A DNA stretch of 64,000 nt from Octopus vulgaris (lineage: Eukaryota): assembly GCA_951406725.2 (NCBI GenBank), contig OX597833.1, positions 33,976,001-34,040,000 of the forward strand. The letters run 5' to 3'. Both the position numbers and the translations under genes were made by a program. The notes under the pieces are model-generated. The model saw nothing but the letters and a program-made list of their open reading frames with translations. It had not been told where the DNA came from and made no database searches. Position 1 is the first letter of the stretch. The number at the start of each line of letters is the position of its first letter. Below are positions 13,023 through 27,124 of the stretch, piece by piece.

Positions 13023-13225
13023 CAATGAACTGTCCTACTGGACAGCTTTATAGTTTAGACGTTTCTGGATGTCCAGCAACTTGCTTGGAACCAAATGCCC
13101 CTGAAAAGTGTGCTCTTCCCGAAAGAGAGGGTTGCAAGTGCAAGCCAGGGAAGATTCTGAGCGGCAAAGAATGTGTTTATATCTCCGACTGCGGCTGTTT
13201 CCAAGAGAATGGAGAGTATATTCCG
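13023..13225 (+). CDS. Exon: TIL domain
   Basis: CCTTAG acceptor, CCG|GTAGG donor. Encodes MNCPTGQLY..GCPATC..C..EGCKCKPG..SGKECV..DCGC. Phase 1 in, phase 0 out. Confidence 0.92.
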
Positions 13226-13435
13226 GTAGGTGTGATCAAATTGCGATAAAATAGTTTGTCTTTTTTTTGTTTTTTTTATGCTTAGTCACAAACCTGATAA
13301 AGCAAACTTATTTTTCAAAGGCGTTCAACCCGTGATCAAATCATATTTGTGGTTAAACGTCAAAAACTAAGACGCTAGGACGCAATCAAGTTGTTATCGT
13401 TTAGTCCCGGCTATGCTCTATGTGTGCTTGTGTGT

Positions 13436-13473
<38 letters not shown>

Positions 13474-13977
13474 ATGTGTGTGTATATGTGTGTGTGTGTG
13501 CATGTGTGCGTGTGTGTGTCTCCTTTCCGCGAAACACGGGTGTTTCTACCTTTAGATTTTCGAATTTTAAACATGCAATGCTCTGTCATTGCCAAAGACT
13601 AGGACTCCAGGCTCCCTAAAGCCACATCCCATTTTAAGTACGAGAAAATTATGAACATCTAACTGAGTTCAGTAACTCAACAAGGAATAGAAATGGCATC
13701 GTATACATGGCTTTCTCAGAGTTTACTACCACTCTAAATTGTAGGTATTTGACGTCTATAACAAAGAGCTGACAGGCACGATTCCATATGGGTGGTTTAT
13801 TGCACGAAGCACAGGCATGATAATATGGTTAACAAGTTCGCTTCGCAACCATGTAGTTCTGAGGTTTAGAATCCATGGCTTTGGTACATTTTACAACTGT
13901 TTTTAACCCAAGATTTAAGTTGACCAATAATTTGTGTGTGGAATTTAGTAGATGGAAACTGTGCAGAGACTCAACAA

Positions 13978-14052
<75 letters not shown>

Positions 14053-14154
14053 CATGTGTGTGTGTGTGTGTGTGTGTGCGTGCATGCGTGCGTGCGCGTG
14101 TGTGTGTATGTATGTATGTATGTATGTATGTATGTATGTATGTATGTATGTATA

Positions 14155-14905
14155 TGATAAGTTCATGTATCTCAGCAACACACTCTCCAGATCTGTGAAA
14201 ATTGACGATGAAATCGACACACGCATCGCTAAGTGGAGCTCAGCATTCGGGCGGTTACGTGAATCATTGTGGAAGAGGAGAGGCATATGACTGACCACAA
14301 GTTGAAAGTGTACAAAGCAGGTCTAATACCAACGCAACTATACGCTTGCGAGATTTGGACGGTTTACGAACTGACCAATAAAGCTGTTGAAAATCACCTG
14401 GCAAGTCAAGATCCCAGACACGAAGGGTTTCTCTGGAGCTGATCTACCAAGCATCTACACACTGTTGAGGAGAGAGCAAGTCGGTTGAATAGGCCACTTT
14501 GTTTGAATGCCTAACACACGACCCTCCAAAAGACTGTTTTACAAGGAATGGCAGAAAGCAAGTGCACACAAGGTGGACAGAAACAGCGCTTCAAGGATAC
14601 ACTGAAAGCATCACTGGACAACTTTGAGATTAATTCCGACACCTGAAAAATGCAAAGCACGAGACCACCCCGCCTGGTGAAGCTGCACCAACAGCGGTTC
14701 CACCTCCAACGAACAAAACAAGATTGCAGAGACACAAAGAAAACGTGAACTGCGCAAGTCCAGAGCCAACCTCTCACCTTCAGTCCTAGCAGACCACCAG
14801 TGCCCGACCTGTAGCAAAGCTTCGGTCACAGCCGGACACACTGTGTCCCGTCTTCTTCTTCAATGTGACGTCCTTGTTTATCGTCGGCAACGACAGACGA
14901 ACAGA
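14155..14905 (+). mobile_element. RTE-clade LINE 3' fragment (degenerate)
   Basis: FMYLSNTLSRSVKIDDEIDTRIAK.SSAFGRL..TKLKVYKA..LYACEIWTVY, GGQKQRFKDTLKASL and a C-terminal CPTC. Confidence 0.85.
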
Positions 14906-14924
14906 TAATGCATACGTGTGTGTG

Positions 14925-14959
<35 letters not shown>

Positions 14960-15119
14960 ACATAGTCTTTTCTTAACTACATAATTATTTCTAATTACCT
15001 TTTTTTAACGTTACCAAATTCATTTTTATCAACATTTCTAAGCTTTCGCAGCTCCATCACTAAGGTGTGAAGTGATGTTGGCTTCTATGCTACCCCTTTC
15101 ATAGCAGCTAGCTTATATT

Positions 15120-15324
15120 TTTATCTTTTATCTTTTAATGGTTTCAGTCATTCGACTGCAGCCATGCTAGGGCACTGCCTTGGAGAATTTTTAGTCGAAT
15201 GAATCGACCCCAGTACTTAATTTTGTTAATTCTGGTACTTATTCTATCGGCCTTTTTCCGAACCTCTAAATTACGGAACATAAACACGCCAACACCGGTT
15301 GTCAAGCAGTGGCGGGGGACACAG

Positions 15325-15362
<38 letters not shown>

Positions 15363-15525
15363 ACACACACACACAACGGGCTTCTTTCAGTTTTCCATCT
15401 GCCAAATCAGCTCACAATGCTTTGGTCGGCCCGAGGCTATAGCAAAAGACACTTGCCCAATGTGCCACACAGTAGGACTGAACCTGGAACCATGGTTGGG
15501 AAGCATACAGCCACGCCTGTGCCTA
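15120..15525 (-). mobile_element. tRNA-derived SINE
   Basis: Reverse complement of the 53503-53925 family, with an internal (CA)n. Confidence 0.8.
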
Positions 15526-15997
15526 TAAATTTATATTTATACAGAATTTACGCCTATAAATATGTTAATGCTGACATTTTGTAGAACCTCAGAGACTAGC
15601 ACTGGGTTTCGATGCCTGGATGCGGCACTTTGAGCAAGTGTCTTTTATCAAAGCCTCAGCCCGACAAAAATCAAAGCCTTGTTTGTGAAAGTTGGCAACT
15701 GGAAACTATGTGGAAGCTCTTTTGAGGGAGGTAGACCAAATCTGCAACCTGCTTGAAACACTTTCACTTTGTGTTTTAATGGGTGCCTTTAGCAGAATCT
15801 GTGCTGTTTGCAAGCATTTGCACTAGATATCCAGTCAGAGGAAGCTGGTCTTTTGCCCCACTTCCTCCCACCAGTCTCTAAAATCCTACAAAAAAGCCAT
15901 AAGTGTTACCTTTCCTCTTCTTACAAAACCAATTATTTCACTGTTTATCGTGTGTTTTTCTTTTTTTCCCTTATTTCTTATCTCTGCCATTTCACAG

Positions 15998-16199
15998 CTA
16001 GGTAAAAGCCTTACGACTAAAGATTGCAGTTCGATCCTTCTCTGCAAGAAGAAAAACGGTCATCCGGAAATTGAAGTCTCCAAAATGAAGTGTGCAGAAC
16101 ATGCCGAGTGCGTCGTAGTCGACGGACAACCTTTGTGCCAATGTTTGGAGAACTACAAAGGCAACGGATCTGAAAAATGTATGCTTGAACAGAGAGTCA
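15998..16199 (+). CDS. Exon: TILa/EGF-like segment
   Basis: TTTCACAG acceptor, A|GTAAGT donor. Encodes LGKSLTTKDCS..CAEHAECVVVDGQPLCQCLENYKGNGSEKC. Phase 0 in, phase 1 out. Confidence 0.9.
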
Positions 16200-17051
16200 G
16201 TAAGTCCAAAATGTTGTTTTCACAATTACTAGATCCTCGTTTTAGATATTACACAATTCAATGACATCATTCGCTTGATGAACGTAATATAATATATCTA
16301 ATACAAAAAGTGTTTCAAAAGCTAATTAAAATAAATATGCGGTGGGAATAAAATACGACATTAGTCAATGATTAAATGTTGGTTTCTTTTTAATCTTCCG
16401 AAAGTACGGGAGACAAATCTGGACTTGTTTCGGAGGGGCTATGGTTCGCTGATGAGATCAGAATAATATAAAACATATCCAGAGTTGGCTTTTGTAGTTG
16501 CTCAGAAAATTAAAAATAATATTATTCAATGACTAATATAGTTCTTAATTTTTATTTCTCATTACATATTCTTAGTTTGCTCTATGCATTAGGTATATTA
16601 ACAATAGCTTAATTAAAAGATCATTATTTAGAGACGCCACTACATGAAAGAACAATAGTTAAGTGAATATTAACATATTAAATGTAGTAAGCATTGAAAA
16701 AACGTAATTTATGCAGTGAGAAAAAGACTCCTATTAACAGAGACGTAGTTTCGTTCGATCGATCAACCGTACACGTTCCACTGACTTGTACTGCCGACCG
16801 AACGGCTGATCAAACCAAATTAGTATGTTTGTTCGTTTATGTCTGATAAACAAGGATTATATAGTTCTTGCGTTGTATCTGTGGTTCTCGTTATATTCTT
16901 CGAACGAAACAAAAGGCATTTTGTTGGACTCACAACTTTGATATAACATCTCATTATCGACTTGACAGTCAGATATCCCAGCACAATACGTTTTCATTCT
17001 TCCCTCCATTGAATCCTCTTTCATTTGGGCTTGAATTGTTTGACTAAATAT

Positions 17052-17099
<48 letters not shown>

Positions 17100-17380
17100 A
17101 TATGGGTATTATATTATACACATACATACAGAGAGAGAGAAAGAGAGAGAAGGGGAGAGGGAAACGAAGAGGGAAAGAAAGCCAGAGATAAGCCTTCTCA
17201 CAAAACACATTCGTTGGGAGTCGAGACATTTCTTTACTGAGAATGCTCTACAACCAATATGAACTTAATTGGAACTATGGAAAATATATAAGTGAAATAA
17301 ATAAAAGAAAAAAATTAATCTCGAGTATACTCATATCAGGAAAATATATGTATATTAAGCTTATGGTTAGCTTTCCAGGA

Positions 17381-17420
17381 CAACTAAATGTTTCCGCGAC
17401 TACTCACTTCATCAGCCGGG
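17381..17420 (-). ncRNA. Degenerate minimal HHR motif
   Basis: Minus strand CTGATGA-A-GTGA GTAG TCGC-G-GAAA-CATT-TA. Core intact, stems I and III weak. Confidence 0.4.
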
Positions 17421-18770
17421 GTTGAAAGAAATAGATTCTGATGACTGATTCCTGAAATACGTGTACAAGGATATATCATAATATTCGTAGGCAAGGACTA
17501 CGTTCGAACAAAGCGATCACTGTTCATAACTAATATTTATTCACTGAGTGAATTTCAGAAATCAACTCAGAATATAGTCAGTCAAACCAAAATACATTGA
17601 GAATATTTAGTTTACTGCTGAACAGTCTCTGCCGCCGCATTACTTAAGCATCAATAAAGTGAACAAGCCGTAGGTTTAATTTTTAGAGTGGGGCCAAATG
17701 CTAATGCCTTTGTTTATGGTTAATTCAGTGTAGTTATTCTCTATGCAGATATATCTTGTCTGAGTATACATGACGGATTATGACGAGATCATGAAAGATA
17801 AAGTAGCAGAGAAAGAAGCATTTCCCATTTTTATTGCTTTTTATTTATCAATATTTTTATTATAATAAACCACTGGATTGGTAATGGACAAACTACTTTA
17901 CAGTATTTCTTCTGAATCTTTACGTTCACTTTCCGCTAAGGTCAACTTTACCTTTCATTGTTTCGAGGGCTATAAAATAAAGTACCAGTTAAGTTAAGAC
18001 TAATGTATCGACGAATACCCTTCCCTCAAAATTGCTGGCTTAGATCGAAAACAATTATTGTTAACATCTTTAGGATTATAGATTGACGTCAGAGCGTCGG
18101 AGAAAATACTTTTGTAGCATTTCTTCAGACTTTCTGATCAAATCCTGGCGAATCTCACTTTGCCTTTCATTCTTTCGGGACCGATAAAATAAAGTACCTG
18201 TCAAGTACGGGGATCTCTAATATCACCTACTCCCATCTCTTCAAAATAACTGGTCGCATGCCTAAAATAGGAAACAGTACCACCACCACCACTGGAGTGA
18301 TAGACAACCATTTGTGTAAAGACATTGAAAGATTATTTATAAGGATAGATGTAAGTACATTCTAGAAAATAGCAATACTAGGATTTGTAAATATTATTAG
18401 GGCACTCTCGAACAGCATTTGTTCACCTTGCACAGTTTTCTGCATGCATCTCAAGATGTACTCAATTCTTGTTTTAAGAAAGGTAACTTTTGATGTGTTT
18501 CTTAAGCATTGAAAAAAAAACAGATGATAATTGTACTGTTAATTAATTCAACATCTATGTCAGTATAATTCCTTTTAAAAAGCAAGCTTTTCAGCTTGCC
18601 TTGTGAACAACAATATAGTCGTTTGGTATTGCTATGTTGATAATTACTGCTTTATTGTAGTTGTTGGCATGGACAATTATGTTAGGTTTGTGTATATATA
18701 TATATATATATATATTATCTATTGGTCTGTTTCCCGCAAGAGAATGTAATGGACAGAACCTACACAAGAG

Positions 18771-19619
18771 CGTGGTAGTATCAAAAGGTTCCCAGATTAG
18801 TTCCCAGACTAACAAAAAAAATAACTTATTTATCTAAGTTTTAACATCATCTCTTTCAAAATAGTCACCTTGCGCAGCAATACACTGCTCCCAGCCTTCT
18901 TGCCAATTTTGGAATCCAGCCTGGAAGTCGTTTCCCGTAAGTGAGTTGAGGACCTTCTGCGATTCGCTCTGGATCTCGGCAACAGTGTTAAAATGGCCAC
19001 CTATGAGTTGCATTTTCATCTTGGAGAAGAGTTGGAAGTCCGCAGGTGCTAAATCTGGCGAATAGAGCGGGTGCAGAAGTTTGGCGAGAAACTCACAAGT
19101 GAGGAGAACTCGGTGACAGGGTGCATTGTTGTGAAAAATCCAGTTCTTCGCACTCCACAGATTCGGTTGCTTTCGCCGAATGCCCTCCCTCAAAGGCTTC
19201 AAAACCTCACAGTAGAACTCTCAATTGACGGTCTGGCCCTAACAATACATTTCCGGAGGTGACGCACGTCGTAGATCGTTCATCCAGGGACGCTCTTCCA
19301 CTTTTGAAGTGCCTGTGTCACTCGAAACATTGCGTATGACCTATTGCCTCGTCAACGCAAGCTTGTCGAAGCATGCTCAATGTCTTTGTAGCAGACTTCC
19401 CAAGTTTAACGTTAGCTCTTCGTTCCTGTATACGAGAAAATCGCAGACTACAGCATACACGTGACCACAAAAATACATATTTCACAACTTGCGAGCGATG
19501 TCACTCGACACACTGTCTCCTGAAGGTCACTGCCAGCTCTCACTGGGCACGCAACCGTGTGCTGCCATCTGATGGCGCGCTACAGAGCTTGTCCAGGTAC
19601 GTTTTGATACCACCTCGTA
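18771..19619 (-). mobile_element. Mariner DNA transposon, internally deleted
   Basis: ORF 18834-19202 has HNNAPCH, HPLYSPDLAPADF and GDYFE. Imperfect TIRs CGTGGTAGTATCAAAAGGTTCCC / GTCCAGGTACGTTTTGATACCACCTCG. Confidence 0.88.
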
Positions 19620-20433
19620 TATTCTTCATAAAATCAAAATCTTGTAGTATCTTGACTGCGGCGATCAAAAGAATGGTCAGACATATTCTATACAGCTATT
19701 TTATGATTTACGATGAATACCCTTGTTTTATCTGAAAGACATGCTTTTTTAGTAAGGTGGGAGTCGGTGATTTTGCTCTTAAACATATTGCTGTTTGTTG
19801 GTGGCAGAATGTAAATTCTAAGACTGACGCAATGATAAATTTCTAAAGGGGGATGGGTTAAAGCCAACTCAGTTTATCTTGATATATAACCAATAATGAA
19901 TTTATAGATTCTAGAATGGATGGAAAGCAAGTTGACATCAGTAGGATTGGAACTCAGAAAAGTATATAAATAAATGTAGTAAACGATATTGTCACCCAAT
20001 ACCTTTGCTAATTTTACTGCTTCGTGATCTTTCTTGAATGATGCCAAAATATGAAGACGTTCGATTTGTAATTTGTCAACTGTCTCAGCAGAGCAATGTA
20101 CTGAGATTTTCACTTTAAAATTGAACAAAATTTCATGTATAAAATAAAGTTATATTTGTTGAACTCTCAACTTCGTCTTCAGCAATTAATTTGCTTTGTT
20201 TTGCTGTTTTCTTTTGCTTTATGTTGTTGTTGTTTTTATTTTATTTTTTCTAATATTTACTTCTACACTATATTTTATCTGCAATCATCATCTGCTGTCT
20301 TATCTCTGGATGTGTACATAGAATCAGGCTGGAGTCGAACTAGGAACCTCTTTTTTCTCAACTAATTGTACACCTTAATAGATTCATTTAATAAACTGCT
20401 TGTTTATTAACTTATTTGTAATCTTCTTTACAG

Positions 20434-20580
20434 CTAAATTCACCAAGTCCAATCCCAAAGTTTCTAAATCTTTTGTGAAATCAATTTGTCTTCGTTGTCA
20501 CATTCACGCAAACTGTGTCCAAGGCAAATGCAAGTGTACAGTGGGATACGTTGGAGATGGCGTCCACACTTGTATAAAAG
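20434..20580 (+). CDS. Exon: EGF-like domain
   Basis: TTTACAG acceptor, G|GTAAG donor. Encodes CLRCHIHANCVQGKCKCTVGYVGDGVHTC. Phase 1 in and out. Confidence 0.9.
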
Positions 20581-21157
20581 GTAAGATCAATTATAATCAT
20601 TTCGAATTCACGTCTTTTGTTTAGCTCTAATCAACCATCCCAACTGACTTTTATTCAGATGAAGCTCATCCGGGACTACATTATCCAATGTGAGCTTATA
20701 AACAGATTTGGTTGCTATTTGTGGTAGATCGATGAGTGACCACATGCAAACTTCCCTCCTGAGTTATTGGTTGGTAGTGCCGTCATTGCTGATGCTTTGA
20801 TTTTTTCCTTCATAGTCACCCATGCTCAAGTCAATCAAGTTATTAACAGTTGTGTTATCATTCAGATTCAGCCATGTCTACATTCTTTAACTAGTTTCAC
20901 TCGGTGGACTGCGGGCACGTTGGCATAAAGCTATCAAAAATTTTACTCGGTTAGATCAATTTCATTACTTATTTCAGTCTTCTAAATAATTTATCGGGTA
21001 CATTTGTAGAACTGCTAAGTAACCGTAAGTAAAGCAACACGTCATAAACCACATATTTTACAGTACAGTAAACATAAACATACGCGCGCACACACATATG
21101 TGCTTGTGTATGTGTGCGTGTGCGTGCGTGTGCGTGCGTGTGCGTGCGTGCGCGCAC

Positions 21158-21190
<33 letters not shown>

Positions 21191-21332
21191 GCAAATAAGA
21201 AAATGGAGAAGCACATTAGTTGGTTCATCAACTTTAGGATATTAAAATGTTGACTTATTTATTTATCAAAACGACAACCATACATACATACATACATACA
21301 TACATACATACATACATACATACATACATACA

Positions 21333-21364
<32 letters not shown>

Positions 21365-21434
21365 GTATATTATTCAATGCATATAAGATGAGAATACAAG
21401 TAGTTATTAAAAAACATGAATATAAATTATTAAA

Positions 21435-21561
21435 ATCACTTACAGCTGTTTCAGCCTATGGATAATAGCAACTCATTGTGTCTATACTAGTCAAGTGTAT
21501 TGAGGTGGTAGGCAGTTGAAAATGAGGTAGTTATATATATCCCTAGGCCTCGTCAGAGATT
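21435..21561 (-). ncRNA. Type I HHR motif with long stem II insertion
   Basis: Minus strand ATCT-CTGACGA-GGCCTA..(~85 nt)..TAGGCT-GAAA-CAGCTG-TA-AG. Canonical core, palindromic stem III, lies between microsatellites. Confidence 0.78.
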
Positions 21562-21618
21562 ATAAAGTACAATCATAAAAATATGAATATATATATATGA
21601 AACAAAATACACGCACAA

Positions 21619-21663
<45 letters not shown>

Positions 21664-21892
21664 AACATATATATACATATATACGTGTACATATATATAG
21701 ATGGACATAATTATACATTCATACAAGCATATAGACAATTAATTATATATACTGGAACATACATATACATCCATATCCATGAGTACACATATAATATTTA
21801 ATTATTACTAATATTATTATTAATAATATTAGATTCTGTGTATTCTTATATTCCCAATACATAGTATAAGAAATTAAAATATAGAATATACT

Positions 21893-22541
21893 ATAATATA
21901 ATATAAACAGATATTTATGAAAGATGCAATCTTATAAATTTTATAATCACAGTCAATATATTCATATATCATACAGTTAATATATAGTTAATTCATTATT
22001 ATTCTGCATACACATGTACATGTGTGTGGCTAACAAACACATGCATATGCATATATATACATACGTACAAATATACATCAATACAAATATGAATTTTTAT
22101 TCTTTTCATCATGCAGAAAATATACATACGTATTACAACAAATTATTCGTAATAAAATTTCACAGACTAATGCGTAATAAAAGTTCATATAGTAAGAGAT
22201 AAGAGATAAGCTATGTGAGCTTTGTTATTCGTTATTTATTAATATTTTAGTGGTATTACGCATTAGTCAGTGAAATTTTATTACGAATAATTTGTTGTAA
22301 TACGTATGTATATTTTCTGTATGATGAAAAGAAAAAAATTTCATATATATATTGGTGTATATTTGTCCATATGTATATATATGCATATGCATGTGTTTGT
22401 TAGCCACACGCATGTACATATGTGTATACAGAATAATAATAAATTAACTATATATTAACTGTATGATATATGAATATATTGACTGTGATTATAAAATTAA
22501 TAAGCTTACAACTTTCATAAATATCTGTTTATATTATATTA
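21893..22541. repeat. AT-rich fold-back, ~285-bp arms with ~75-bp spacer
   Basis: 21893-22178 is the reverse complement of 22254-22541 (TGTGGCTAACAAACACATGCATATGC vs GCATATGCATGTGTTTGTTAGCCACA). Abuts (TATG)n. Confidence 0.9.
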
Positions 22542-24302
22542 TGTATGTATGTATGTATGTATGTATGTATGTATGTATGTATGTATGTATGTATATTGTC
22601 TTCGATATGTCTTTAAACTGATCTGGTAGTCGGGTCCCGGTACGGGGGTTCCAGAGCTTTGAGAAGTGTGGAAGCACCTCTTAGCCACTATTGTTCCCAG
22701 GTCTACTCTGACTCGAAGGAGTAGCATCTGTCAGGGTTCCAGCTATGGATTAACTAGCATGTGAACCACCAAGGGTGGATGATAACGTAAATAGGTATAA
22801 AAAAAAGAAGTGCTACTGGTTTCAGGTCCTCTCAATCTCTTTTAGCGTCACTGGCTTTATAGCTGATTGCACTGAAAAGTAGGTTCAGGGCTGTACAACA
22901 CTTTATCCACTCAATATTTGGGTGTTCACTTTGTTGCAAATCTTCTGGCTAAATCTTTGGTTTGATAACTTCCACCGATCTCAAAGGCTCTGATAAGTGT
23001 TATTAGACACTGCTCTGGTTCCTCTTACGAAGCAATTAAAAACTTTTACGTGCTTACTTCTTTAGGTAGACCGAGCCGATCGTTGGAAAAGCCAGAAGTA
23101 GCTCTACTTTAGGTATATTTATATCAAGCAAAGAGGTCATTGATCCACCATATAGCACAGCATCATCGAAACTCCCATATGAGCAGAGTGTCCGAGAAAA
23201 CTCTGCTCTTTCGTGTGCCCAATATGATTCAGGTATGTGTGATAGTCTATGCACGTTGATTGGAACGGGAAGCCATAATGTACGTACGAATAATAACAAT
23301 TCTTCCCGTCCATCCTTAAATTTTGCAATGAAGGCTCAATTTCCAGACAGCCATACCACCTCACTTCTATTTGCGACTCTTGAGTCAATGTTCGACCGTC
23401 TATAAAAGCGGTTAAATCCGCCTCGAATCACATTCTGACAACTTAAAAAGGCCAAGAGATGTTAACATCCAGGATAATGTAGTCTTGGATTCAGTATACA
23501 AAGATGGTCACAAATGTAACACTTTCGAGTCCAGCTGTTTAATCAAAGCTTGGGACTAAGCAACAACAACAACGCCATTCGATTCTTGATAGGTCTTAGT
23601 CAATATTTCTTGGATATTGACTATTCCTGAAGACCACTATGCTGGCTTGTACTTGACACACTATTTGAACAAAGAGGATCTTGAAATAAAGATTGGTTAC
23701 AGTTGAAACGTCTTAGCTCATAAATATGTTGGATCAGAGCTGATCTACAGCTAAACTGCATACTTTTTTCCACTTCAACAATAACAACAAATATTTTTTT
23801 GCGGAAACAAAATGGATTCCGATGAACTCCAACGTTCCGTGAATAAATATGAGATCCCACGAGAGCATTTTAAAATTTTTAATGAACTTTTAAAGTCTTT
23901 TTAAGATAATTCAATAAAAATTTATTTTATTAAAAAAATTATATTCACCCGTTTCAAAATAATAAGCAATTATTATTTGTTGTTTTTTTGTTAATTAAAT
24001 TCTGTCTTTAAAGCAATTTTTATTTCATCTAATGATTTATTAAATTAGAATGGCGGGACTTGTCCATAAAATAGAGATGTTGGTTCCGTGTTTGGAAATA
24101 TCACATAAGAAATTCACTGTAAAATAACCTTGGGAATATCTGATCTATGTGAACGCCCGACCTGCTAAAAGTAACTGTAGATTTCCTTCAAATTATACCT
24201 AACCGTCTTTTAAAAAGGAAGAAAACGTTGCGAAATATAGTCTGAGATAAAAAATACCTAAAAAGACGAAGTTGTCACGGTTAGCATGTCTTTGATCAAA
24301 GG

Positions 24303-25185
24303 TACGAGAGGGTACCTAAAAGTAACCGGAAACGTTCTCTGTGGGACAAGCCCGTTGTAGTTCAGGCTTCTGCTGCTAGATGCCTTAGGCATCAGACCGC
24401 TGACTAGCGTCATCGACTGCAGTCGTACTGTCACGTGGTATGTCTTTGTTTTGCAATGCGTCTCCCCTTTTCGTTGATTTTTGTGATGACTGTAACGGAC
24501 GAATAGCGTGCTTCCATGAAATTCTGTTTTCGGTTGAAGCAGTTCTCGTACTTCAAACAGCTTACAAGGACATTGCCATGAGCAAAACATCAGTTTACGA
24601 GTGGTTACCACGCTTTAGGAATAGTCACTTGTCGCTTGAAAACCAACCTCGTTCAGGACAACCGTCGACCTCCCGAACGAATGAAAACATCATGAAAATT
24701 CATAAACTGATCTTGGAGGACCGTCACCGAACAATTGACGAACTTGTTGATATGACTGGTGTGTCCTGGAGGTCTTGCCAACGAATTTTGAGCGAGGAAT
24801 TGCGAATGAAAAGAGTTGCAGCAAAATTTGTGCATCGCTTGCTCACGGAAGATCAAAAGCAGTCACGACTGAATGCGTGTCGTGAATTGAAAAAACAGTT
24901 GGCATTTGATCCGGACCTTTTTTCGAAGGTCATCACTGGTGACGAAAGTTGGTGCTATGGAATTTGTAGATGTGGAAGAGTTGAAAAAAGAAAACGACGG
25001 AGGCGTTAATAGGCATCACTTCACAAGTGTTCCAGCACTACTTCGAATAGTGGGAAAAGCATCTGGACCGATGCAGTGCTTCAAATGGAGAATACTTTGA
25101 AGGTGATAGAAATATAAACATATAAAACTAAGTGAATAAAATAATATTGTAAAATTCCGATTTCTTTTGGGTACTTCCTCATGTA
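24303..25185 (+). mobile_element. Mariner DNA transposon, internally deleted
   Basis: ORF 24440-25009 has VYEW..F, RSGQPST, KFVHRLLT and ITGDESWCY. TIRs TACGAGAGGGTACCTAAAAGTAACCGGAA / TTCCGATTTCTTTTGGGTACTTCCTCATGTA. Confidence 0.9.
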
Positions 25186-25309
25186 TCTGATTGGGGCAAA
25201 CTTGCAGCTAAAGAGCAACATGAAACAATTCTCCAAGTAAAATACAGTTTAATCATTTGATTTATTTTTAAATGTTTTTCTTTTGAAATCTTTTGTTTTT
25301 ATTTTCCAG

Positions 25310-25423
25310 AGAAATGTGGACAAACTGAATGTCACAATAATGCACACTGCCAAGTAATAAAAGGGGTACATATGTGTACCTGTAACGAAGGTTATACTGG
25401 TGATGGAATAGAACTATGTGACG
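25310..25423 (+). CDS. Exon: EGF-like domain
   Basis: TTTTCCAG acceptor, G|GTGAGT donor. Encodes KCGQTECHNNAHCQVIKGVHMCTCNEGYTGDGIELCD. Phase 1 in and out. Confidence 0.9.
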
Positions 25424-25476
<53 letters not shown>

Positions 25477-25699
25477 TGTGTGTGCGTATGTGTGTGTCTG
25501 TGTCTGTGTCTGTGTGTCTGTGTGCCTGTGTATATGTGTGTGTGTGTGTGCGTGTGTGTATGTGTGTGTGTGTCTGTGTATGTGTGCATACGGTTCTCCT
25601 TATTTATTTATTCCCATTGATAGGCTGAGATTAGGTGGAAATTGACTAAAATAATTACTTGTAAGAGTCGCTAGTTGTGTAGAATCGTGTACTGAGTCC

Positions 25700-26080
25700 A
25701 ATTACTATTGTGATATGTTGTGATATGATGTGATATGATGGGTCGTGGTATAATGCTATGCGTGATGAGGAAGGGTTGTGCGTTGTAGTGTGATGAGATA
25801 AAGCGAGTTTTGTTCTGGCGAGCTGTGTTGTGATGTGATATGATGTGGTGTGATGTAATATGGTTCAGTGTGATGTGATGCGATATGATGCATTGTCGTG
25901 ATGTGTTGATATGCGATGTTCTGTGGTGAGGTGTGTTGCGTTGTGTTATGTGATGTACGATGCTGAGCTGTATTTGTTGTGTTGTGATGAGGTTATCTGT
26001 ACTTTCTTGTGACATGATGGGATGAGCAACAGTGAGAAGTATCATGGTGCGATATAATGTGTTCTGTCATATTATGATGT
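25700..26080. repeat. Degenerate 5-bp (TGTGA/TATGA) satellite
   Basis: Recurring TGTGA-TATGA-TGTGA units with many substitutions. Confidence 0.7.
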
Positions 26081-26083
26081 ACT

Positions 26084-26295
26084 TGGCGAGCTGGTAGAAT
26101 CGTTGGTACGCCGGGGAAAATGCTTTGCGGCATTTCGTCCATCTTTACTTTCTGCGTTCAAATTCCGCCGAGTTCGACCTTACCTTTTATCTTCTCGCGA
26201 TCAATAAAATAAGTACCAGTTAAGGACTGGAGTCGATGTGATCAATTTTCCCCTTCCCCCGAAACTACTGGCCTAGTGCCAAAATTTGAAACCAA
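26084..26295 (+). mobile_element. Second SINE-like family (related copies ~17890-18275 on +, ~57110-57320 on -)
   Basis: GGCGAGCTGGTAGAATCG..GTTCAAATTCC A/B-box-like head and shared ATAAAATAAGTACCAGT..GTGCCAAAATTTGAAACCAATA tail. Confidence 0.7.
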
Positions 26296-26873
26296 TATTA
26301 TAATGTACTACAGTAGGTTATGACGTGCTGCTTACGGTCTTTTACATGGCACGTGATGTACTACAGATATAGAATAACATGTTATTATGCAAGTTGGTAT
26401 CGAGCTAAAAATGTGGCATAGAATGAATGGGCGATGTATTGTTTTTGATATGTCGTTATATCATTTGGAGTGACGTTTTACCTGTTGTGTGATGTAGCTT
26501 GAAGCGGTATCATTATAGATAGCACTGTGTAGTGTGTTTGTTATGGCGCAGAGTATTGTGTGACCGGTGTATAATCACTGCAAACACATTCACAACTTCA
26601 AATATCAAATAATATTCCTTAACACGTATAGAATCATGCTTTAAAAGCATGTTCAGAACTAAATTTCCTACATACCTTTAATACTTTTAGTTTCAAACAT
26701 GACAGCATAGTGCTGTGTTTAGAAATCATATTTATTTCATATATGAAGTTGCTTTAATACAGCCATGTTCTAGTAGTATTTATAATATAACTTAGTCGTC
26801 TAAGTTTACAGCGATGTTTTCCAACTGTATTTAGATTTGTGTTTTCTAAAAGCTGCAGTTCTGATCCTTACAG

Positions 26874-27124
26874 AAGGCCACTGCACCTGCTTCGCATCAG
26901 GAGATCCTCACTATCGAACTTATGACTCCAACAGTTTGTATTTGTTCGGGGATTGCAAATATGTCATGTCGAAAACTATCCATAATGTGAAATTCCCATT
27001 TGATGTAGAGGTAAAGAATGAACACCGCAGCACATTCAAGCATCGGGACCGAGCTTTCACCAGGTTGGTCGATGTAAAGATTAGTGGCCATGTTTACCGC
27101 TTGCATCTTACCAAATATCTATCT
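26874..27124 (+). CDS. Exon: VWD domain, N-terminal half
   Basis: CTTACAG acceptor, TCT|GTGAGT donor. Encodes CTCFASGDPHYRTYD..FGDCKYVMSK..FDVEVKNEHR. Phase 1 in, phase 0 out. Confidence 0.93.
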
